This document shows positions 55,327 to 64,000 of a stretch of DNA of 64,000 bases, piece after piece. The DNA lies in the IMG/VR virus record IMGVR_UViG_3300025127_000012; one strand, given 5' to 3'. This stretch comes from a virus. A program made the translations under genes and the position numbers. Numbering within the stretch: position 1 is the stretch's first letter; each line of letters starts with the position of its first letter. The notes beneath the pieces were generated by a model. That model did no database searches. It saw nothing but the letters and a program-made list of their open reading frames with translations, and had not been told where the DNA came from.

Positions 55327-58300
55327 TTATTGGAAGAGTTGATTAGGTGTGAAGTTAGAAATTACAGTAGCACCAGTCTGTACTGTTAGGATTACAGAGT
55401 TGGAGTAAACAGGTTGTGCACCAGCAGCGGTGATAGCAACTCTGAACTCATCACCATCATCTGCCTGTTCAGCAGCGTTAGATGTGTAAACTGCTTGTGT
55501 AGAACCAGTGATGTTTGACCATGCAGTTTCACCGTATTGCTTACGCTGCCACTGATAGTTAAGAGGTGTAGTTCCTACACTGTTATCAGATTGTAATCTG
55601 AATGATGCGTCTACTGTGAATGATGCAGTCTGACCTTGGTTAACAGTTACGTTTGTTGGTTGAGCATTTATAACAATATAACCAGCAACGATAACGATTG
55701 GATTACCATCTGCGTCTGTACCTTGTCCAAGGTATGTGTCAAATCCACCGTTAACACCACCACCAGTAGGTGCAACGAAATCATCTTCAACAGTTGTCTC
55801 TACAACAACATCAGGTAATGCATAACCAATACCAGCGTTCTTAACAACGATACTTGATATACCCATCAACGCACGAACACGACCATCAAATCCAGTAGAT
55901 GATATGACATCAACTTGTGGACGTGATGAATAACCATCACCAGGTGTTGTGATTATTGCTTTTGTTATTTCACCAGATTTGATTGTTGATAACGCAGCAG
56001 CGTCACGACCCTTAACAGTTCCTGTGTACTCAAAAGTAATTAAGGAGTTTGAAGATTCAATCAACGCAACTTCACGAGGAGAACCTTCTCCGTCAATCTC
56101 TAATACGTCTCCTGCTTCGATAGGAGGTACGACAGTTGCAGCAATAACGTCAGCATCAGAACCAATATATGAGAACGCTACGAATGTAGATCCTGCACGA
56201 GGAGTTTCAGCAAAGATTATTCTTGAACCAACAAGTTCATAACCTATTCCAGGTTCCTGTATAACACCGTTCAATGAACAGATGATATTGTTCTCTGGAA
56301 GAATAGTGTTAGATGAAACACCTTCTGTTAATGTTAGTGAGTAGAATCCTCCAAGGTATTTGAGGTTGAAGGACGAACGAAGTGAATCAAATTCAAAACT
56401 AATGTCGTCCAACTGGCGTAACTTACCGACATAGTATCCGATAAACTCAGATCCGATAGTTGGAGGTTCTGTAAATTGGATTTGGTCTGAGAAGGCAGTG
56501 TATGCAAAGTTTGCACCTGGGGGTTGTAGAACACCATTAATAAATGTGAGGATATGACCAGCAGGGTCGGGGAAGTATCTTTCGCCATTGTTGACGGTCA
56601 ACTTAAATGTTGTTGCAACCCCATCAAATCCTCTGAAATATCTATCACAACGTCCGAGTAATCCTTTACTTTGTGTAACACCAGCAGTCCAACCATAGTC
56701 AGATATAATACTTAAATTACTTGGGAAGTCACCACTTACATCTTCTAACCACAATCTACCAGTTGTACCAGAAATTGCCTTACCAGCAACACGTCCATAA
56801 GATGTGTAGTTAGTAATTGTATTACTGCTTAGGTTAGCAAATATAATTGGGAAGTTATTAAGGTTCTCAAATTTACCGATGGCACCATTGACTGCTAGGT
56901 TTGGATCATCAACTGTTGAACCATCTGGTGCCTGACCATATGGGGTAAAGTTAGCAAGATATATGTTATGAATACTATTATCAGGATCGTAGTTATATTC
57001 GGTTACAACAGCAGTCCAACCTGGTTCTTTTGGAATAGTTCCTTGTAAGAGATATACTAAATCTCCTGCTGCGAAATCACCTGTAAATCCTTGGTCTCTT
57101 GTGACACTAGCAACCTGATACTGAACAGTCTTAGTACCATGTACAAACTGATTAAGTTCAATTTGATCTAGTCCTGATACTCTAATATCTGCAATATCAA
57201 GAATCCTATCTGTTACAGAACCATAGATGATATCACCATCAACAAAGTCTTGATCTAGTGATTCAATATCAATACTGATTCTACCACCTGTGTTACTTGT
57301 AAGAGCACCAGCAGAGTTTTCATAAAGAACGATATCTGCCTCAGCAGAGTTCGCTTTGTTAAATATCATTTCGTTAACAGCGAACGCTCCTCTTTCTAGG
57401 TTGACCAACATACGAGTCTTACCTGTGCCATTTACACTAGCAGTAACACCACTGTCTACACCTTCTAATACATCATCGTTACTGAATGCACCAGTAATAT
57501 TTTCAACGTAAATATAACCTTCGTTACTATTATCACCTGTTAATACAGATGTCTGAACAATTTGACCGTTGTTAGATGCAGAACCTTGAACCTGTATTGT
57601 TTCTCCATTTGTAAATCTACCAGATGCAGCGTCGATAAAGAACTTGCTGTACAACTTAATAACTTTTGCTTCGTTGTTTCTAGTTCTTATAACGTCAGCA
57701 CGAGAATCAGATGTGATACCAGCAACAACATCAGCAATATTAAATCCACCACTTACAGGTGTGTCAATATCTCTGACACCAAATGTTGTAGGTGCTCTTT
57801 CGATACCAGATCTTACATCAACAGCAAACTGTTGTTGACCAGTTGTAAGAGTGTCTACACGGAAACGTGAGTATCTTGCATCGTGTCTAATCTCTCTTGA
57901 AATCTCGAAATATGTAGGAGTTGCATTAAGAACGTAGAACCAATTCTGTCCTTGTAATCCTTTCTCAATATCTGCTGATGCAGGAACGTAAGTTAATACA
58001 TCACCACGAGAATAGAAATTAGGACGAGTAATCTTAACTCTATGTTCTCTTCTCTCGAATCCAACCTCGACTGTTGGTGTATTAAGAACAAGATCAGGGT
58101 CAGTGTTCCAGTCATTACCTTCATCATATAAGTTACGATCATTGGTTGCATGTGTATTATTGATCCATGTAATAGTATTATTTGTTGGAGGTGTACCTCT
58201 GGTTAATGCAAACTCAGCAACGTTAATTGATGCGTCCATGAAGAACTCAGTAGATTCCTTCTGGTATTCAATACGATTGATTATAGCATCAGAGAGAGTA

Positions 58301-61300
58301 GGATCAAAGTATGCATCGTAAGTATTATTCTGTCCCCATTCTGATGTATTATTCTGGTCATAGGATATACGTTTTGCTGCCTCTGCAATACGCAAGAGAT
58401 AGAATACTAAGTGTTGTCTAACAACAGTTGGGAATGCAATAAAGTTACCTTCACCATCGAACCATGTATTTACATACTTCATCATTCCAGCATTACCACG
58501 AGTGTTCAAGTCGTAGATAATAGCATCCATTATAGTTTCTGCAAACCCTATTTCAGCGTTAGTTGTAGGATATTGTGATTGTGTCTCAGCAAATGCCTTA
58601 CGAGAGATTGCTCCTTTGTTGAATGTTAGATATCTTGCAATGAAACGTTCAGAATAGTTACCACCTGTGTGTGGAGAATTACCACCACCAAGTGTATCAA
58701 TCATGAGATCAAATAATGTATCAGATGCAGATACAACGTTATAACATGTATATAACTGATATGCAGCATTACTATTATATGGGGTTGTTCTAGTAACAGT
58801 TGTTAGATGACTAGGAGCAGGACTTGAAGATGCTGCCACCTCGATTGTATCCATTACAAGATTAAATAATGTCTCAATACCAGATGCTGCCTGTGCACAA
58901 GTATTGTTCCAACCAGATGTACCACCATTTTCATCAAATGTGATTGTTGTGTCACGATTTGCCATGTCATTGGCATACTTGATTGGCCAAATGTTTGGTA
59001 GTGATTTCTGAATTGTACCATCAGTTATCTGTACAGGATTAGCAAGTGTATCAGTAACGATAGATGTAAATGTTGTTAGGGCAGATGCTACGTCAGCACA
59101 AAGAGGTGTACTACCATCAGCAGTAATAGTATAGTTTGATTGATTGTATGGGAAGAAATCTAAGTCAGTGAATAATTTCTGTGAGAATCCATGTGTAGAA
59201 CCAGCAGTATTAACAGTCTCTTGTCTCATTACTTGTATAGCAAGATCTCTTGCTTTATTCATTACCCAAGTTACTTCTGTAACGTAACCAGAAACGTGTG
59301 CAAGTGCAGTTCCATCTGTATACATTTCAGCAGCATGGAATACTTTGTTGTTACCACCATTGCGTAAATTCCACTGCATTGCATCAAGAACATCAGTAAC
59401 GTCTTGTACACAGTCATGCTTACCAGCAACAGTAATTGCTTCATGTTCTGCTCTTACAAATGTATGTGCATATTGATCGTTTGCACCAGCAGCACCAACA
59501 TTAAATGTAAATGTATTTGTACCTGTTGATGTGATCGCAATACCTTTGTTATACCAAGGATCGGTTGTTCTAGGATATGCATGCTCAGAATTATTATTAT
59601 CCTTAGTACATGTGAATACTAATGATTCTTGGCGTACATAGATCTTACGCCCTGTTGTTAGTCCATGAGCAGAACCATGGTCATATGTTATAACACCAGT
59701 AGCAGCATCATATGTCATGCTTCCTGCTGCTGGGGTGAATGGACCCACGCCACTTACCCAATCAGTGTTGTGTAGTGATGGGAATTGTACAAGCATTTCA
59801 TGTACTGCTTGTTCTGCAATAAATCTAATGTTTCTTTCAACTATATTTGCAGCATCAATGAATCTATCAATTACAGCATTCTGTTCATATGTACTTGTTT
59901 CAACTTCATTAAATGATTCAGTAGTACCACCACCAGTTACCTCTCCACCTTCTGTTGTACCAGAATTATCTTCTGGATCGTAGATGTAAAGGTTCTCTCT
60001 ACCAAATCCATTTCTCATGGTAAGGATTGCTATTTCCATTGCCCATGTCATTGCCCACTTAGATGCTTTATCTTCACCTTCTACATGGATAAGACTGCTA
60101 TCTTCTGGATCAAGATATAGTGCAGCAGCATCCCAAGTCTTAGAGTTACCACCTAGTCTAATATCATGAACCATTGCTTCTATAACATCTACTAAATCAT
60201 CAGCACAATTTGTTCTACCACCTGGAACTTGGAAGTCTAGGAAGTAAGACATATCATTCATTGTATGAACTGCTTCCCATGCAATAACATGTTTGTTTCT
60301 TTCTAACTGATCAGCAGTATCCATCCAGATGTTATGACTTGGAGAAACTCTACTTTGGTCAGGTGCCTGTGTGTCTATGGTGACTGTTGTATCTCTGTAT
60401 GCTTCTATCTGTGTGTACTGAGCAACATAGTAATCATCTACATATTCAGCTGAGATTCCAAGACTAGATGCAGTTGTACCGAATGTTAATAGTGTTTGGT
60501 TAATTGCATGATGTGCTAATTTCTTAGTATGCTCAAATGCATCCAACATAGCACTTAGTTGATCTTCTACATGAATGATCTGACTAGAAGGATTGATGTA
60601 TTGATCAATAGCATATTGTGTAGCAGAGTTACCACCTGTTAATAGATCAGTAACAACAGCAGGAAGAATGTAAACCTTAATATCTCTTTCACAATATGGT
60701 TGACCATATCCAGGCATCACTAAGAAGTCATAATCTGTGCCATTGATATTTGCTTTATAATCATCTTGTATTTTAAGAGCAACTTCTTCTGCAATGTAAT
60801 CTCTATTCTTCCATAATGCATCACCCGCATCTCTGAACCTATCACCAGTAGGAGCAAGAATATTAATTATTTGATCTGCTAGATTTGTTATCTCATCTTG
60901 TATTGCCTGAGATGCAGGAGAAGAGAAGTTATTAGGAACTCTTAGAATCTCTGTATACTTAGTTCCAGCAGCAGGATAATTTACAAGATCACTACTTGTA
61001 GTTGTAATGATATAGTTCATTACATTAGCAAGTTCATTCCAAGCATATACAGATTGTAGAAGTTCATTACCAACGTAATCTAAACCACCCGCCTTGGTTA
61101 GATATCCTCTACCAGAGATTGTACTGTTATAATTACCACCATATCTAAGGTCAGCAATAATTGCTTTTGCGATATATTCCTTAGTATCACGAACACACTT
61201 AGCAGTACCAGTTGTGCTAGTATTACTATCACCTGGAATTATGAAATCAGGATATTTTGCTGCCATTAAACCAACAGCAGTTTCTGCCATCCAGTCTAAG

Positions 61301-64000
61301 TTAAGTTCTAATATATCTGCTGCTTCTCTATATGAGTCTCTACCTAGGTCAATATCTTCAATGATAACTTCCTTAGTATCATAATTAACTTTCTTACTTG
61401 TAGCAGTAGAGTTTGTCTGACCTGTGTATATACCGAAGCAGTCTTCTGTACTGATAATTATTGGTGACTCACAATCTAATCCAAATGTTACCTTGGCAGT
61501 ATCTGTTGGATATGTAAATCCTGGGGTAAATGTATTTGAGTACTTAGATTCTGTATGGAGTAGGAAGTTATCCATATGTCCAACAAATCCATTAGCACCC
61601 TGCCAATCAGCAGCAATAGTAAATGGTCTTTCTAGGTAGTCATTAGTATCATTGTAATCACCACCAACTTGTGTACCATTTACAAATAACTTAGTAATAC
61701 CTGTTGTTCTGGTAACAGCAATATGACTCCAAACATTAGCAGTTAAGTTATGTGCACCAGCAATTTGATCTGTGCTATTGTACCAGTATTTGATTTGTGT
61801 TCCATCAAGATATAATACAGGAGATCCTACCAATGTTGCACTTGTAGTTCTTGTGTCGTATAAGAACTGTGTACCAGTCACTGCATTAGGACGTATCCAC
61901 ATTTCAATAGTAAAGTCATTAGTACCAAACTTCTGACGATCAGATAATGTATGTGCTAAGTAAGAACCAGCGTCGAATCTTATTGATTGTGTTCCTGCTT
62001 TCTTTTGTAGTTTTGTTAGAACAGCAGAACCATTAACAGTTAATTTAGAGTTAGAGACATACTCTCTATCTTGGAATGAACCAGTAACAGCGTTAGTGAA
62101 CAACCACTTCAATCCAGCGTTTGTTCCCTTACATATAAAGTTAGCATTAGAAGTTGCACCTCTGATTGTTTCACCAGGAAGGAAGAATCCATTACCTTCT
62201 AGATCTTTATATGCAATCTTAAATACTCTGAGGTTTTCATTCTCTACATATCCACCATCATTTAGAGCAGCACCAGTAGGAACAGCACTAAGTGATCCTG
62301 CACCTATTGCAGTAGTAACGTGTGTTATTAATGTATGAATGCCTGCTTGAACGTCTGCACAATTACCAAGACCTTCGTTAACTCCACTATAATAATTAGG
62401 ATCATAATATGCTGCTTCGGTTCCGCCCCCATTGTATACAGCATTAGGTTCAGCAGAAATAAATGTATGAGTGAAACCACCACCACTGCTAACAGCGTTA
62501 GAAGAGGCAGTAACGAATGTATGTGCATATTGATCAGTCTGGGCAGAAGCACCAACGTTTACAGATATAGTAGTTGAATCCTTAGCAACAACTGGTAAAG
62601 ATGCACCAGATGCAGGGTCAGTTGTTCTTGGATATTGTTTTGGTGTGGTGTTGTTGTCTTGTGTACAAGTAAATGTAATTGAAAGGTCAGCAATCGTAAC
62701 TGGATCACCTATATCAAGGTTATGAGATCCAATAGTCAATACCATCACACCTGTTGCTGGGTCGTATGTTGCACCAGTAGGTGTGTATTGTACAAGAGGT
62801 GATGCACCAACATCAACAGTAATAGATGTAGGTGTTGTAGCAGATATATTTAGATCAGCGTTAAATGCTGGGTCACCTGTTCTAGGATATGGGTGGAATG
62901 TTGCTCCACCGTCCATAGTACATGTAAAGTTCAAACTGTAAGGTCTAATCTTAACAGTATCTGATGTTGTCAAACTATGACTACCAATAGTCATTACTAA
63001 TTGACCATTAGCAGGAGTATATGTGACAGCAGTTGGTGTAAATTGTGTTAGTGTAGTTCCAGCAGCACCAAGATAAGGACCTTGATATGTTGTTGGATCT
63101 TTCAACATATAACCTGTCTCAGGTGTTCTTGTGTTGACCTGTACATATAATAAATTATTGATTGCTTTCTTACATAATTCTGCTACATGCTTAAATGCAG
63201 ATAGATATTCTTTTACCTCTCCTACAAATCCGTTAGTAATAGGAACACCAAGATTATCAAAGTATGTCTTGATAAACTTGACAGTTTGGAAGTTACCATC
63301 ACTTGTGATATCTGCTGATAATGCATCTACAAGATATCCTATGTCTCTTCTGCACTTAATTTCATGTGCAGTGTACTGTGTGACAGTTACCTCGTCAAGT
63401 AAATCAGCGAGAGAACCAGCAGTAAGTACAACAGAAACGTTGTCATATAAAGTTTGTAAAGCTGACTGAACATCTGAACAGTTAGTTGCTCCATAGTTTG
63501 TGGTATTTGTGCCAGCAGTTCCATAAGGATTACCTGGTGAAGGGTCAGCAGTAATCCCAGTTCCGCTGGAACCACCAGCAGTTCTTTCATTATACTTAAC
63601 GTAGGTCACACCATCAACAGTTTCAGAACCAGTGAGCATATTGCTCAATGCCTGTTTCATCAAACTAACTGCCTGACCAAATGCATAGTTAGTTGCCTCT
63701 GCCTCATTATTTACATATAAGAAGGTCGTACCATCAGTTGAGAAATACTTTTGTAACAATTTGCGTGTGTATTTCGTACCACCACTGTAAACGTCGAATG
63801 CCAATGCCTCGATCATATACTTGGTATCTCTAATACACTTAGGTCCAGATGGAATTGTTAATGATGGATATTGTGCAACCATCAATGCATATGCTTTGTT
63901 AGCAATGTAATCTATATTTCTGATGATTAGACGATAAGCATCAGCATATCTACTCCAAGCATCAGTCATGTTATCACCTGGATAGTAGAATCCTGGGTGC
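55327..64000 (-). CDS. Giant gp7-like baseplate/virion protein (3' part; frame open to the window edge) with phycobiliprotein-like repeats, LamG and Ig domains
   Basis: Reading frame stays open upstream of the track's Met (HPGFYYPGDN-MTD). C-terminal FDG..T.F.L / NGVLQ.PG and LDDIS..FD modules, LamG domain (DFTIEMW...WSHIAV...LFVNG), terminal Ig domain. Lies upstream of g8. Confidence 0.8.
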   Translation of the reverse strand, partial: HPGFYYPGDNMTDAWSRYADAYRLIIRNIDYIANKAYALMVAQYPSLTIPSGPKCIRDTKYMIEALAFDVYSGGTKYTRKLLQKYFSTDGTTFLYVNNEAEATNYAFGQAVSLMKQALSNMLTGSETVDGVTYVKYNERTAGGSSGTGITADPSPGNPYGTAGTNTTNYGATNCSDVQSALQTLYDNVSVVLTAGSLADLLDEVTVTQYTAHEIKCRRDIGYLVDALSADITSDGNFQTVKFIKTYFDNLGVPITNGFVGEVKEYLSAFKHVAELCKKAINNLLYVQVNTRTPETGYMLKDPTTYQGPYLGAAGTTLTQFTPTAVTYTPANGQLVMTIGSHSLTTSDTVKIRPYSLNFTCTMDGGATFHPYPRTGDPAFNADLNISATTPTSITVDVGASPLVQYTPTGATYDPATGVMVLTIGSHNLDIGDPVTIADLSITFTCTQDNNTTPKQYPRTTDPASGASLPVVAKDSTTISVNVGASAQTDQYAHTFVTASSNAVSSGGGFTHTFISAEPNAVYNGGGTEAAYYDPNYYSGVNEGLGNCADVQAGIHTLITHVTTAIGAGSLSAVPTGAALNDGGYVENENLRVFKIAYKDLEGNGFFLPGETIRGATSNANFICKGTNAGLKWLFTNAVTGSFQDREYVSNSKLTVNGSAVLTKLQKKAGTQSIRFDAGSYLAHTLSDRQKFGTNDFTIEMWIRPNAVTGTQFLYDTRTTSATLVGSPVLYLDGTQIKYWYNSTDQIAGAHNLTANVWSHIAVTRTTGITKLFVNGTQVGGDYNDTNDYLERPFTIAADWQGANGFVGHMDNFLLHTESKYSNTFTPGFTYPTDTAKVTFGLDCESPIIISTEDCFGIYTGQTNSTATSKKVNYDTKEVIIEDIDLGRDSYREAADILELNLDWMAETAVGLMAAKYPDFIIPGDSNTSTTGTAKCVRDTKEYIAKAIIADLRYGGNYNSTISGRGYLTKAGGLDYVGNELLQSVYAWNELANVMNYIITTTSSDLVNYPAAGTKYTEILRVPNNFSSPASQAIQDEITNLADQIINILAPTGDRFRDAGDALWKNRDYIAEEVALKIQDDYKANINGTDYDFLVMPGYGQPYCERDIKVYILPAVVTDLLTGGNSATQYAIDQYINPSSQIIHVEDQLSAMLDAFEHTKKLAHHAINQTLLTFGTTASSLGISAEYVDDYYVAQYTQIEAYRDTTVTIDTQAPDQSRVSPSHNIWMDTADQLERNKHVIAWEAVHTMNDMSYFLDFQVPGGRTNCADDLVDVIEAMVHDIRLGGNSKTWDAAALYLDPEDSSLIHVEGEDKASKWAMTWAMEIAILTMRNGFGRENLYIYDPEDNSGTTEGGEVTGGGTTESFNEVETSTYEQNAVIDRFIDAANIVERNIRFIAEQAVHEMLVQFPSLHNTDWVSGVGPFTPAAGSMTYDAATGVITYDHGSAHGLTTGRKIYVRQESLVFTCTKDNNNSEHAYPRTTDPWYNKGIAITSTGTNTFTFNVGAAGANDQYAHTFVRAEHEAITVAGKHDCVQDVTDVLDAMQWNLRNGGNNKVFHAAEMYTDGTALAHVSGYVTEVTWVMNKARDLAIQVMRQETVNTAGSTHGFSQKLFTDLDFFPYNQSNYTITADGSTPLCADVASALTTFTSIVTDTLANPVQITDGTIQKSLPNIWPIKYANDMANRDTTITFDENGGTSGWNNTCAQAASGIETLFNLVMDTIEVAASSSPAPSHLTTVTRTTPYNSNAAYQLYTCYNVVSASDTLFDLMIDTLGGGNSPHTGGNYSERFIARYLTFNKGAISRKAFAETQSQYPTTNAEIGFAETIMDAIIYDLNTRGNAGMMKYVNTWFDGEGNFIAFPTVVRQHLVFYLLRIAEAAKRISYDQNNTSEWGQNNTYDAYFDPTLSDAIINRIEYQKESTEFFMDASINVAEFALTRGTPPTNNTITWINNTHATNDRNLYDEGNDWNTDPDLVLNTPTVEVGFERREHRVKITRPNFYSRGDVLTYVPASADIEKGLQGQNWFYVLNATPTYFEISREIRHDARYSRFRVDTLTTGQQQFAVDVRSGIERAPTTFGVRDIDTPVSGGFNIADVVAGITSDSRADVIRTRNNEAKVIKLYSKFFIDAASGRFTNGETIQVQGSASNNGQIVQTSVLTGDNSNEGYIYVENITGAFSNDDVLEGVDSGVTASVNGTGKTRMLVNLERGAFAVNEMIFNKANSAEADIVLYENSAGALTSNTGGRISIDIESLDQDFVDGDIIYGSVTDRILDIADIRVSGLDQIELNQFVHGTKTVQYQVASVTRDQGFTGDFAAGDLVYLLQGTIPKEPGWTAVVTEYNYDPDNSIHNIYLANFTPYGQAPDGSTVDDPNLAVNGAIGKFENLNNFPIIFANLSSNTITNYTSYGRVAGKAISGTTGRLWLEDVSGDFPSNLSIISDYGWTAGVTQSKGLLGRCDRYFRGFDGVATTFKLTVNNGERYFPDPAGHILTFINGVLQPPGANFAYTAFSDQIQFTEPPTIGSEFIGYYVGKLRQLDDISFEFDSLRSSFNLKYLGGFYSLTLTEGVSSNTILPENNIICSLNGVIQEPGIGYELVGSRIIFAETPRAGSTFVAFSYIGSDADVIAATVVPPIEAGDVLEIDGEGSPREVALIESSNSLITFEYTGTVKGRDAAALSTIKSGEITKAIITTPGDGYSSRPQVDVISSTGFDGRVRALMGISSIVVKNAGIGYALPDVVVETTVEDDFVAPTGGGVNGGFDTYLGQGTDADGNPIVIVAGYIVINAQPTNVTVNQGQTASFTVDASFRLQSDNSVGTTPLNYQWQRKQYGETAWSNITGSTQAVYTSNAAEQADDGDEFRVAITAAGAQPVYSNSVILTVQTGATVISNFTPNQLFQ

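Noticed and set aside
475-63469. Numerous plus-strand ORFs in the six-frame track
   Set aside because: All are antisense shadows of well-supported minus-strand genes, with no recognisable motifs
63967-63969. Met at 63969 as the start of the giant protein
   Set aside because: The frame stays open to the window edge, so the real start is probably upstream
1-64000. tRNA, rRNA, IS or integrase features
   Set aside because: None recognised; intergenic gaps are short and explained by promoters, terminators or micro-ORFs

Overview
AT-rich segment of a T4-like cyanomyovirus (Kyanoviridae-type, probably infecting Prochlorococcus or Synechococcus). Every credible gene is on the minus strand. In transcription order (right to left): the 3' part of a giant gp7-like baseplate protein, a YHYH protein, a gp9-like protein with a C-terminal cupredoxin domain, a baseplate protein, g8, a VrlC/DUF4815 protein, a 2278-aa fibre, g13-g16, an accessory island (putative internal head proteins, PTOX, SNase-like nuclease, pcyA), g17-g23, g3, uvsY, uvsW, g55, g47, g46, a psbN-like operon, a vWA/peptidase + CobS-like AAA pair, g45, DUF4385, a denV-like gene and the start of g44. 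Main finding: the giant baseplate protein contains at least six phycobiliprotein-like (globin-fold) repeats. They keep the alpha84/beta82-type C-x-R-D motif, and there are five beta155-type Cys helices. The same genome places the bilin reductase pcyA directly in front of the terminase, in what looks like a late operon. This suggests a bilin-chromophorylated, possibly light-responsive virion. All family assignments come from motif recognition by eye; no database searches were run.
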